IMG/VR virus record: IMGVR_UViG_3300032030_000026
Coordinates: 1 to 64,000 of that record
Direction: 5' to 3' (one strand)
Length of the DNA: 64,000 bases
Source: a virus
Lineage: Duplodnaviria; Caudoviricetes
Both the position numbers and the translations under genes were made by a program. Shown piece by piece: positions 30,404 through 38,167 of this stretch (within the stretch, counting starts at the first letter, position 1; each line of letters begins with the position of its first letter). The notes beneath the pieces were generated by a model. The model was not told the DNA's origin and did not search any database. It was given only the letters and a program-made list of their open reading frames with translations.

Positions 30404-30822
30404 AACACATTCAAGAATCTATAATAGGCAGGAAAGGATCGAAAAGCAAATTTCTCCACATTCCCGGCAAGATAATGCTTAGATACGAAAAAGATGACCG
30501 TAGTTGGGACGGCAATGATTATTGTGGTGGGTGGTATGTATTCACCAATCCCGAAGAACAAATACTATTATTGTGGTCTCCGGAAGCGACATATTACCCA
30601 TATTTTCACTATGATACTACATCTAGTTGGAATCAAATAAAAACCGAAACTTGGGATTTATTAGAGGGAGTACCCGATATAAAAACACCGGAAGATGCGT
30701 ATGTTATTATAACAGATATAGATAAATGGAATGAGGCTGTTGTATATGCCACAATTTTTAGTGTTTATATAGATATACCGGATAATGTCATACGAGATAT
30801 TCGCAGATATACCGGATTATAA
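30400..30822 (+). CDS. ESIIG-leader family protein, W.P.A..YPF subfamily
   Basis: MKHIQESIIGRKG. Confidence 0.85.
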   Translation: MKHIQESIIGRKGSKSKFLHIPGKIMLRYEKDDRSWDGNDYCGGWYVFTNPEEQILLLWSPEATYYPYFHYDTTSSWNQIKTETWDLLEGVPDIKTPEDAYVIITDIDKWNEAVVYATIFSVYIDIPDNVIRDIRRYTGL

Positions 30823-30858
30823 AAGCATATCAAAGAGCTCCGCCGGAGCTTTTTTTAT

Positions 30859-30887
30859 CTTAATGTCCGGTGGAATCGGATTATATA
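30859..30887 (+). promoter_or_regulatory. putative phage promoter after a terminator
   Basis: CTTAAT-N12-CGGATTATATA. Confidence 0.55.
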
Positions 30888-30907
30888 TAACTGTAAAATC
30901 ATATTAT

Positions 30908-31246
30908 ATGGAATTAGCTATATCCGATAACCACAGACATGAATATCCCATAGAGAAGTTCTGGTATACCAAACATAATGGACACTCTATAGAATATATT
31001 ATAGATCACGATATCTCTTTTTTCGAATGGGCGGTAAAGGTATTCCAAGACGTCACACCATGTCAGGCGGAATACTATTATAAAAAATCGGGAAAGAAGA
31101 TTCCGGCATCCTGTATAAAGGCGGTTGTTCCATACACATGGGAAACCGGAGATCCGGAAAGACTATATATAGAATTATGTGAGTCCGGTGATCTGGAAAA
31201 GGTATTGTTCAAATACCGAAAAGGAAATCAATTAGACTTGTTTTAA
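30908..31246 (+). CDS. hypothetical protein
   Basis: ATG 30908 downstream of promoter; QLDLF C-terminus resembles a clamp-binding motif. Confidence 0.6.
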   Translation: MELAISDNHRHEYPIEKFWYTKHNGHSIEYIIDHDISFFEWAVKVFQDVTPCQAEYYYKKSGKKIPASCIKAVVPYTWETGDPERLYIELCESGDLEKVLFKYRKGNQLDLF

Positions 31247-31360
31247 CGCGATATTTTGAGCGATCTATATCTTAGGTATATAATTATACGATTTTGATAC
31301 GAACGCTTAAAATAACCGCATTTGTGTGCGATTTAAATATAAAATTCATAATAATATAAT

Positions 31361-31588
31361 ATGGCAAAACAACAACCAATAGAAGTCGATGCAATCGTCA
31401 CAGAGGCCTTAGGCAATGGAATTTTCCGATGCGAGTTAGAAAACGGACATGAAGTGATTGCTCATCTCTCCGGCAAGATGCGAACCAAATATATCCGGAC
31501 TATTCCGGGCGATAAAGTCCGGCTAGAAATGACTCCTTATGATCTGACCAAAGGAAGAATTTCTTATAGATATAAGGCAGATTCTTAG
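31361..31588 (+). CDS. infA: translation initiation factor IF-1
   Basis: [38 protein letters not shown]. Confidence 0.97.
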   Translation: MAKQQPIEVDAIVTEALGNGIFRCELENGHEVIAHLSGKMRTKYIRTIPGDKVRLEMTPYDLTKGRISYRYKADS

Positions 31589-31614
31589 AATATCTTAAAA
31601 GAAACTTAAAAGAT

Positions 31615-32091
31615 ATGTTAAAATACACAGATACACAGGTAGTATTCAGAGAATTTCCCGGAGAGATAACGCTTGCTATCAACATCTCGGGATGCCCTAA
31701 CCGGTGTCCGGGGTGTCATAGTCCGGAACTGCAGCAGGATATCGGCAAGCCGCTGAACTGGGATACTTTGAAGGATCTTATCGAGAAGAATCCCGGCGTC
31801 ACATGTATAGGATTCATGGGTGGTGACAATGATCCGATGATGGTTAAATATTTAGCTTATCAGATCAGGTCTCGTTTTGATATGAGAGTGGGGTGGTATA
31901 CCGGAGTCGGAAATGCCCAGACTATGAGAGAGATGGATTATGTGAAGATCGGAACTTATCAAGAGCAATTCGGGCCCCTGGATTCACCTACCACCAACCA
32001 GGTATATCTAGAAAGACAACCTAATGGAGATTGGAGAGACAGGACCGACAAGTTCTGGGTTCATAAAAATTCGGAGAACAATCCGGACTAA
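31615..32091 (+). CDS. nrdG: anaerobic ribonucleotide reductase activating protein (radical SAM)
   Basis: VFREFPGEITLAINISGCPNRCPGCHS, FMGGD, PTTNQ. Confidence 0.88.
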   Translation: MLKYTDTQVVFREFPGEITLAINISGCPNRCPGCHSPELQQDIGKPLNWDTLKDLIEKNPGVTCIGFMGGDNDPMMVKYLAYQIRSRFDMRVGWYTGVGNAQTMREMDYVKIGTYQEQFGPLDSPTTNQVYLERQPNGDWRDRTDKFWVHKNSENNPD

Positions 32092-32149
32092 AATTCTTAA
32101 ATATTAATCATAAGAAACTTATATATTTCCATACTAAATATCAAAAATC

Positions 32150-33298
32150 ATGCCAATCAAGAAAAGTGAAATCAAGACGGAGCTGGATCAGCTCAAATAT
32201 GACTACATGAGAGCCTATCAACGGATGTGGGAGGCTCGGAAACGCGGGAAGGATCTTAAAGAATATGAAAAATGCCTGGCTGGAATCAAGGAGAAGATGG
32301 ATAAGATCACCGGACTGGCTCCCGGACACCGCACCGTCCATGAACTAGATCGTAGTGAATATAAACAAGAGTTTGTGCCGGATAAAGATTATCTGGATTC
32401 TATGCCGGATCTTCAAAATTCCCAATTCATCGGAACCCCCATCGATTTTGTAGGTATTGAAGGAATGAGGATTCCTTTGAAGATCAAGCAGAAAAAAGGA
32501 GGAACCCAAGAGGTAGTCTGTGATGTCACCGGCACGGTCTCTTTAGATGCGGCCAAACGCGGTATCAATATGAGCCGCATCCTCCGTTCTCTACAGAAGA
32601 CCACTAAAGGGGCCACTACTTTCGACATCAACGATCTGGAAAAAGTACTGAAAGCCTATCAGAAAGACTTAGATACTTTTGATGCTCACATCTTAGTGAA
32701 CTTCCCATACCGCCTTTGGCAGCCTAGTCTGCGCAGCGTGGATGAAGACGGCGAGCCTAACGGAGGCTGGCAATATTATAATGTCACTTTTGACTGTAAC
32801 TTGGATGTCGACGGAGAGTTCAAGAAGATTATCTGGTTTGATTATGTGTATTCTTCCGCCTGCCCCTGTTCTACGGAACTTTCCATGCATGCTCAGGAGA
32901 CCCGCGGAGTATATGCCATCCCACATTCACAAAGAAGCGTAGCTCGTATAGGTATCGAGATGGGTAACACACTAGTCTGGATTGAAGACATCCTGGCTAT
33001 GTGCAAGAAAGCTATCCCTACCGAAACCCAAGTTTTTGTCAAGAGAGAGGACGAGCAGGCCTTTGCGGAGATGAATGGTGCTAATACTATTTTTGTAGAG
33101 GATGCCGTCAGGAAGCTGAGTGTCGTCTTGGAAGACAATGCGGCGGTGATGGATTATAAGATTATTTGTTCTCATTTTGAATCATTACATAAATCCAATG
33201 CTATCTCGGTTATTACTCGTGGTCGGAGAAGAGATGGGGGAATATCTATTTTCAATCATCATGCTCCACTTGGAGAATGGAGATCTTTAAAGGTGTAA
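32150..33298 (+). CDS. folE2: GTP cyclohydrolase IB (FolE2) with N-terminal extension
   Basis: RGINMSR, SACPCS, PHSQRS, VKREDE, FVEDAVR, ESLH. Confidence 0.93.
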   Translation: MPIKKSEIKTELDQLKYDYMRAYQRMWEARKRGKDLKEYEKCLAGIKEKMDKITGLAPGHRTVHELDRSEYKQEFVPDKDYLDSMPDLQNSQFIGTPIDFVGIEGMRIPLKIKQKKGGTQEVVCDVTGTVSLDAAKRGINMSRILRSLQKTTKGATTFDINDLEKVLKAYQKDLDTFDAHILVNFPYRLWQPSLRSVDEDGEPNGGWQYYNVTFDCNLDVDGEFKKIIWFDYVYSSACPCSTELSMHAQETRGVYAIPHSQRSVARIGIEMGNTLVWIEDILAMCKKAIPTETQVFVKREDEQAFAEMNGANTIFVEDAVRKLSVVLEDNAAVMDYKIICSHFESLHKSNAISVITRGRRRDGGISIFNHHAPLGEWRSLKV

Positions 33299-33371
33299 AA
33301 ATATAGGTCATTTATTTAGATCGTTATAAAAGCCCTTCGGGGCTTTTATTTTTTATATAAAAACACGTAGA

Positions 33372-34472
33372 ATGAATACATGGGCATATAATTATTTCTA
33401 TAAAACCACATTAATTCCAACCGGACAATTTTATTATGGAATACACAGTACGAATAATATAAATGATGGATACCTGGGGTCCGGTGTTCGTTTGAGAAAA
33501 TTATTTGATCAATATAAGAAAAGTGATTTTTCTAAAGAGATTATAAAATATTTTAATAGTAGGAAGGAACTGTCGGATTATGAAAGAGAATATATAACAT
33601 TTGATATTCTAAATGATCCTTTATGTCTTAATGTATCGTTAGGTGGAGATTTACATGATAATATTGGTGTTACTAAAGGACTAGTAACTGTTAAAGATAA
33701 AGATGGGAATATATTTGATACTTCAATAAATGATCCGCGATATTTATCCGGAGAATTAATTCCACCAACTAGAGGAACAGTCTCAGTCCGTGATAAATCC
33801 GGTAAAGTCATCAAAGTGCCTGTAAACGATCCGCGGTATTTATCCGGAGAACTAGTAATAATAACTAAAGGAAATAAGGGTATGACCGGACGAACTATGG
33901 TTAAAAAAGATGGAATTCAAAAAAGCATATTATTATCCGAACTTGAAGATTATATAAAAAATGGGTGGGTTCGTGGTAATCTTGATAAAGGCCGAACAAG
34001 TCCCACTAAAGGAAGAATATGGATCTATAAAGATGACAGGCAATTGTGTGTATTATCATCGGAACTTGAAAAATATATAAATGAAGGGTGGACAAAAGGA
34101 AGAATTTGCAAATCCATAAAAGATAGAGTTTCGATAACAAAAGATAATAAAAATAAATATGTTGAAATATATGAACTCGGAAAATATTTACAAGAGGGTT
34201 GGCGATTGGGGGCAACATCTAGAAATAAAGGAAAAGTAACTGTTACTGAGGATGGAATTAATTGGTTTGATGTTGAGAATGATGATGAAAGATTTAAATC
34301 TGGTAAATTAAAGTGTCTTTTTCAAATAAAAAATGTTACTAAAGGCTTGAAGTACATTCATAAGGATGGAAAAATAAAAAGAGTTCGTCCGGAATATGTT
34401 GATAAATTTTTACAAGATGGGTGGATTTTAGGTATGGGGTCTAAATCAAAAAAAGAAAAACAAAATAATTAA
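33372..34472 (+). CDS. free-standing GIY-YIG (Seg-like) homing endonuclease
   Basis: YFYKTT...FYYGIHST...DGYLGSG; C-terminal Y...GW..G repeats. Confidence 0.8.
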   Translation: MNTWAYNYFYKTTLIPTGQFYYGIHSTNNINDGYLGSGVRLRKLFDQYKKSDFSKEIIKYFNSRKELSDYEREYITFDILNDPLCLNVSLGGDLHDNIGVTKGLVTVKDKDGNIFDTSINDPRYLSGELIPPTRGTVSVRDKSGKVIKVPVNDPRYLSGELVIITKGNKGMTGRTMVKKDGIQKSILLSELEDYIKNGWVRGNLDKGRTSPTKGRIWIYKDDRQLCVLSSELEKYINEGWTKGRICKSIKDRVSITKDNKNKYVEIYELGKYLQEGWRLGATSRNKGKVTVTEDGINWFDVENDDERFKSGKLKCLFQIKNVTKGLKYIHKDGKIKRVRPEYVDKFLQDGWILGMGSKSKKEKQNN

Positions 34473-34525
34473 AGTTAATTTTTTAACGAATCTTGGTATT
34501 ATATAAATTGAAAACATCAAAATAA

Positions 34526-34669
34526 ATGCAACCGAAACTCGGACATATAATGGAATCAGTGAAATGGCAACAGAAAAGCTCTTTAAGAGCCCGCCTGAGT
34601 GTGCCATGTCAAAATTTGGAAGACAATTATGTTTTCTTTATTGGCAAATCCGCTGAAAATTCCCGATGA
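34526..34669 (+). CDS. 47-aa putative leader peptide upstream of the tRNA island
   Basis: MQPKLGHIMESVKWQQKSSLRARLSVPCQ...; lies between a promoter-like TATTATATA and a terminator. Confidence 0.35.
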   Translation: MQPKLGHIMESVKWQQKSSLRARLSVPCQNLEDNYVFFIGKSAENSR

Positions 34670-34708
34670 AGGTCCGGGGAGGGAAAACAAGATATACAAA
34701 ATATAACG

Positions 34709-34744
34709 ATAAGGCCTTCATTTAGAGGGCCTTATTTTTTTTTT
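34709..34744 (+). terminator. intrinsic terminator or attenuator
   Basis: ATAAGGCCTTC ... GAGGGCCTTAT followed by T10. Confidence 0.8.
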
Positions 34745-34765
34745 GACAAAAAAGTGAGAAAATAC

Positions 34766-34835
34766 CTTAAGATCGTATAAGGTGCGATTATATAAAAAAG
34801 CAAGATTGAGAAATCAGAGTTCATTGACATATTGG
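34766..34835 (+). promoter_or_regulatory. phage promoter plus rrn-type boxA
   Basis: CTTAAG-N13-CGATTATATA, then GTTCATTGACATATTGG. Confidence 0.6.
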
Positions 34836-34860
34836 AGAAGATCATAGATATAGTAAGATC

Positions 34861-34954
34861 AATAAAAGCCCCCGGAAGGACCTGCGAGTTCTTTTGCGAG
34901 CATAATAAAAGCCCCCGGAAGGACCTGCGAGTTCTTTTGCGAGCATAATAAAAG
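34861..34954. repeat. 43-bp exact tandem duplication
   Basis: AATAAAAGCCCCCGGAAGGACCTGCGAGTTCTTTTGCGAGCAT x2 + AATAAAAG. Confidence 0.95.
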
Positions 34955-34995
34955 ATCATAGAAGAATCGGAGTGAAAAGGTGAATACTCCGAGAT

Positions 34996-35070
34996 AGGGA
35001 GATCCTCTAATCGGTTTTAGGAGACCGGTCTGATACACCGGCAATCCGAGTTCGAGTCTCGGCCTCCCTA
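34996..35070 (+). tRNA. tRNA-Ile(GAT)
   Basis: Cloverleaf; CCGGT-CTGATAC-ACCGG. Confidence 0.9.
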
Positions 35071-35193
35071 CTATATGACCGGACATTTGGGGTACTATAT
35101 GAAAGTGTCATTATGGCCGGGGAAATCCTCGGCGAGAGGGTGGAAAGGATGAAAAGAGTGTCGAAGTTGCAAATTCGATGACTGCTGAGTAGT

Positions 35194-35280
35194 AACCGTG
35201 AGAAGAGTCTGATCAACCTCCAAAGAGTCGGCCGCCTGTTGGCATGAGTAGTATACCGGGTTCGATTCCCGGCGCGGTTC
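35194..35280 (+). ncRNA. tRNA-like RNA (acceptor stem and T arm, no canonical anticodon arm)
   Basis: AACCGTG/CGCGGTT stem; CCGGG-TTCGATT-CCCGG. Confidence 0.5.
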
Positions 35281-35366
35281 CCTATAGGTTGACATCGAAG
35301 TACAAGGTGCAAGCAATGAGGTGTAATGGGGAGAGCCTCACGTTAAACAAAAACCCTCCCGGCTAT

Positions 35367-35441
35367 GGGCCCGTAGTTCAGCCTGGTAGAACGCCTGCCC
35401 TGCAAGCAGGATGTCATGGGTTCAAATCCCATCGTGGTCCA
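35367..35441 (+). tRNA. tRNA-Ala(TGC), C33, bulged acceptor stem
   Basis: G3-U70; CCTGC-CCTGCAA-GCAGG. Confidence 0.8.
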
Positions 35442-35479
35442 CTGAGGTCCCTCGAGGACTTAACTAAAACTGTTTTAGT

Positions 35480-35595
35480 TGCTTGGTAGCTTAAATAGAA
35501 GCAATTATACCTGATCGGCTGACGAGCCGATAGAGTGGAACTTGTAGAGCTCCGTTAGTGAACGGAAGGTGCGAGTGCGAGTCTCGTCCAAGCCC
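35480..35595 (+). ncRNA. tRNA-like RNA with insertion after the D arm
   Basis: GCTTGG/CCAAGC; variant T loop TGCGAGT; TCCGTT-AGTG-AACGGA. Confidence 0.45.
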
Positions 35596-35599
35596 TAAT

Positions 35600-35673
35600 G
35601 GGTGTATAGTTGAACTGGTTTACAATGCCGGCCTGTCACGCCGGTGGTCCGGGTTCGAGTCCCGGTACACCCG
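35600..35673 (+). tRNA. tRNA-Asp(GTC)
   Basis: CCGGC-CTGTCAC-GCCGG. Confidence 0.92.
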
Positions 35674-35679
35674 CACATC

Positions 35680-35752
35680 GCCGATATAGCTCAGCAGGGA
35701 GAGCATCCGATTCGTATTCGGTGGGTCGAGGGTTCAATTCCTTCTATCGGCT
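35680..35752 (+). tRNA. tRNA-Thr(CGT)
   Basis: CCGA-TTCGTAT-TCGG. Confidence 0.85.
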
Positions 35753-35856
35753 CTATAAGGTGTAAATCAATCTCTTTACCCGCACCTGAAGACGCATATC
35801 TTCTCTGGTATAAAGAAGGGGGCAGAGGTCACGGCATCGGAAAGCGGTGCCAATTT

Positions 35857-35930
35857 GGAAAGGTAGCTCAGTTGGTTAGAGTGCCGGAACGTTAAATCCG
35901 GGGACGTGGGTTCGAATCCCGCTCGATCCG
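35857..35930 (+). ncRNA. tRNA-like RNA with 8-nt anticodon loop and weak acceptor stem
   Basis: Canonical D and T arms; CCGGA-ACGTTAAA-TCCGG. Confidence 0.55.
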
Positions 35931-35944
35931 CTAAAAATAAACAC

Positions 35945-36018
35945 TGCGGAATAGGGAAGAGGTCCATCCCGCAAGGCTCATAACCTTGAAATCGCAGGTT
36001 CGAATCCTGCTTCCGCTA
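35945..36018 (+). tRNA. tRNA-Met(CAT), probable initiator
   Basis: CAAGG-CTCATAA-CCTTG; 1:72 mismatch. Confidence 0.85.
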
Positions 36019-36026
36019 CTAATTAT

Positions 36027-36099
36027 TGGGGATTAGCTCAGTCGGTAGAGCGGTGCACTGTTAATGCAATGGTCGTGAGTTCGAGTCTCACATCCCCAG
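36027..36099 (+). tRNA. tRNA-Asn(GTT)
   Basis: TGCA-CTGTTAA-TGCA. Confidence 0.9.
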
Positions 36100-36179
36100 C
36101 AGCGGCGTGGTCTGAACCGTGACCCGTTCAAAAAGAAAAAATAAAAATTGCGGTGGCGCTCTGGAGAGACAGGGAATTT

Positions 36180-36256
36180 TGGGCTATAGCTCAACGGTAG
36201 AGCACCCGTTTAGACATTAGTGAACGGAAGACGGTGGTTCAATTCCACGAGTCCAA
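36180..36256 (+). ncRNA. tRNA-like RNA with 12-nt anticodon loop
   Basis: Canonical D arm; CCGTT-TAGACATTAGTG-AACGG. Confidence 0.6.
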
Positions 36257-36314
36257 CAGGTCTTGGAGATTGTAGGTTTCCCGCCAAGCGATCTAAAGTG
36301 AGGAACCTTCTAAT

Positions 36315-36399
36315 GGGAGTGCTGCTCAGATGGTGGATGGGCAACGGTCTGTAAAACCGTCACAGAGAAACACAGGAGGTTCGAATCCTCCCACTCCCA
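36315..36399 (+). tRNA. tRNA-Tyr(GTA)
   Basis: ACGGT-CTGTAAA-ACCGT; long variable arm. Confidence 0.9.
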
Positions 36400-36408
36400 C
36401 AATATTTT

Positions 36409-36481
36409 GGAGGAGTAGCTCAGCAGGTAGAGCGAAGGACTGAAGATCCTTGCGTCGGGGGTTCGATTCCCTCCTCCTCCA
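36409..36481 (+). tRNA. tRNA-Phe(GAA)
   Basis: AAGGA-CTGAAGA-TCCTT. Confidence 0.92.
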
Positions 36482-36561
36482 CAGCCGGTAAGTTTTGACA
36501 CAGCTTACTTTTCAAAAAACCGTGGCGTTCGTGAGCCTTTGTGGTGAAAAGCTCTCAATAT

Positions 36562-36633
36562 AGGTCTGTAGTGTAATTGGTAGCACACGTGACTCCAAAT
36601 CTCGGAGTATGGGTTCAAGTCCTGTCGGGCCTG
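36562..36633 (+). tRNA. tRNA-Trp(CCA)
   Basis: CGTGA-CTCCAAA-TCTCG. Confidence 0.88.
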
Positions 36634-36642
36634 CAAAATTAT

Positions 36643-36748
36643 TACGATATGGTGTAATGGTAGCACACTCCTGTAGTGGGACCGGTGACGGCCGGATAAG
36701 AGTCATTCAGATGGCTAAGTAGTATTGGTTCGAATCCTTTTATCGTAT
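36643..36748 (+). ncRNA. 106-nt tRNA-like RNA with expanded anticodon/variable region
   Basis: TACGATA/TATCGTA acceptor; D arm GTGT-AATGGTA-GCAC; T loop TTCGAAT. Confidence 0.6.
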
Positions 36749-36754
36749 CAAAAT

Positions 36755-36827
36755 GGCGCGTTCGTCTAGTTGGTTAGGACGCCAGGTTTTCAACCTGGAA
36801 ACCTTGGATCATACCCGGGAGGCGCTA
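36755..36827 (+). tRNA. tRNA-Glu(TTC), atypical T loop ATCATAC
   Basis: CCAGG-TTTTCAA-CCTGG. Confidence 0.75.
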
Positions 36828-36833
36828 CTAAAT

Positions 36834-36906
36834 GGCCCTGTCTGCTAACAGGTCAGGCAACCGGATTCTCAATCCGGAAATCAGAGTTCGAGTCTCTGTG
36901 GGGCTA
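36834..36906 (+). tRNA. tRNA-Glu(CTC)
   Basis: CCGGA-TTCTCAA-TCCGG. Confidence 0.88.
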
Positions 36907-36917
36907 CTAGATATCTT

Positions 36918-36993
36918 GCCCCGGTAGTTCAATGGATTAGAACAAATGACTACGGATCATCAGATGGGGGTTCGAATCCTCTCTGGGGTACCA
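36918..36993 (+). tRNA. tRNA-Arg(ACG), CCA encoded
   Basis: ATGA-CTACGGA-TCAT. Confidence 0.9.
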
Positions 36994-37012
36994 TTATGAC
37001 TATTATGACTAT

Positions 37013-37084
37013 TGGGATGTAGTGTAATGGCTACCACAGCTGACTCTGGATCAGCTAATCTGAGTTCGAATCTCGGCATCCCAA
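37013..37084 (+). tRNA. tRNA-Gln(CTG)
   Basis: GCTGA-CTCTGGA-TCAGC. Confidence 0.9.
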
Positions 37085-37242
37085 CACGAAAGCCTTGTGA
37101 AATGCGCGCGAGTAGCAAGGATCGTACCAGTCTTGGATAGGCGATGCGAAAGCATCGGATAACAATGATCCGACACCGGATCGTAAGTGCCGGTGGGAGT
37201 TTTCCGGTATAGTTCTCCGGTAATATAAACTATACCATCCAT

Positions 37243-37316
37243 GCCCCGGTAGCCCAACTGGCAGAGGCACATGTTTCAGGTACATGACAGTGACGGTTCG
37301 AATCCGTCTTGGGGCA
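37243..37316 (+). tRNA. tRNA-Leu(CAG), short variable arm
   Basis: CATGT-TTCAGGT-ACATG; variable loop ACAGT. Confidence 0.88.
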
Positions 37317-37327
37317 CTAAAAATAAT

Positions 37328-37401
37328 GCGGTAGTAGCTCAATTGGTAGAGCGTCTGCTTGCCATGCAGAAGGCTTGCGGGTCCGAGTCCCGTCTACCGC
37401 T
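37328..37401 (+). tRNA. tRNA-Gly(GCC), T loop TCCGAGT
   Basis: TCTGC-TTGCCAT-GCAGA. Confidence 0.88.
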
Positions 37402-37405
37402 CTAT

Positions 37406-37479
37406 GCGATAGTAGCTCAGTTTGGCAGAGCGTCTGCCTTCCAAGCAGAAGGTCGTGGGTCCAAGTCCCATCTATCGCT
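37406..37479 (+). tRNA. tRNA-Gly(TCC), T loop TCCAAGT
   Basis: TCTGC-CTTCCAA-GCAGA. Confidence 0.88.
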
Positions 37480-37498
37480 CATATTATCAAGTAGTTAT

Positions 37499-37576
37499 AG
37501 GGTAGTAGTTCAGTTGGTAGAACGCCTGGTTTGGGTCCAGGAGGTTTTTTCGCAGGTTCGAGCCCTGTCTACCCTA
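37499..37576 (+). tRNA. tRNA-Pro(TGG), enlarged variable loop
   Basis: CCTGG-TTTGGGT-CCAGG. Confidence 0.85.
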
Positions 37577-37602
37577 CTGATTATCAATTACTTACAAGAA
37601 AT

Positions 37603-37685
37603 GGAGAGTAAATTCTACGGGGTAGGAGCCAACCTGCTAAGTTGTGCGAGTGTAACAGCTTGTGGATCGAGACCACTGCTCTCCG
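37603..37685 (+). tRNA. tRNA-Ser(GCT), 8/4 fold
   Basis: 8-bp acceptor GGAGAGTA/TGCTCTCC; 4-bp T stem; loop CTGCTAA. Confidence 0.8.
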
Positions 37686-37914
37686 CTTATCGAAATATAC
37701 AGTAAACGGGATAAACACGGGCAGCAGTGTGTTCCTTCGCCAACCATGGGAGGTGGGTAAATAACACCCTGTATATGACCAGCTGTGATAAATTAAAAAG
37801 GGGTTATATTAAAGCTTCCAAACCAGAACCCCTGAGCCCTTAACTGTGTGAGACGTCACCGGGGCGACAGTCCATTGGGTAATTCCATAGGAGCGCTGTT
37901 AGGGAAGCAATTAT

Positions 37915-37986
37915 TGAGCTGTGGTATAATTGGTAACACGTTGGGTTTTGATCCCAAAGTTCTGGATTCGAGTTCCGGCAGCTCAA
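37915..37986 (+). tRNA. tRNA-Gln(TTG)
   Basis: TTGGG-TTTTGAT-CCCAA. Confidence 0.88.
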
Positions 37987-37990
37987 CGAA

Positions 37991-38068
37991 GATGCATTAG
38001 TTCAGGTTCGAGTCCTGACTTTGGCAAGTGTTTGCTGAGGTGCGAGCAATAGGTAGACAGAATGCATC
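37991..38068 (+). ncRNA. circularly permuted tRNA-like (YrlA-type) RNA
   Basis: Order: GATGCATT, T arm, acceptor 3' strand, 7-nt linker, acceptor 5' strand, D region, AATGCATC. Confidence 0.65.
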
Positions 38069-38071
38069 CAT

Positions 38072-38144
38072 GACGGAGTGTCCGAATTGGTTTAGGTGAC
38101 TGGCCGCAACCCAGTCTATGCAGGTTCGAGTCCTGTCTCCGTCT
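38072..38144 (+). tRNA. tRNA-Cys(GCA), C33
   Basis: ACTGG-CCGCAAC-CCAGT; U73. Confidence 0.85.
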
Positions 38145-38167
38145 CTTGAAAAAAATGATTTTCTTTC

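Noticed and set aside
9537-30822. Diversity-generating retroelement or integron behind the ESIIG arrays
   Set aside because: No reverse transcriptase, integrase, adenine-specific TR/VR pair or attC-like hairpins between the genes.
31615-32091. QueE to complete the preQ0 pathway
   Set aside because: The CxxxCxxC context, short length and PTTNQ ending fit NrdG rather than QueE.
33372-34472. Intron-encoded endonuclease interrupting a gene
   Set aside because: folE2 ends intact with a terminator and no split exon follows, so the gene appears free-standing.
34861-34954. CRISPR array
   Set aside because: Only two adjacent identical units with no spacer and no cas genes. The ESIIG repeats are gene starts separated by coding sequence.
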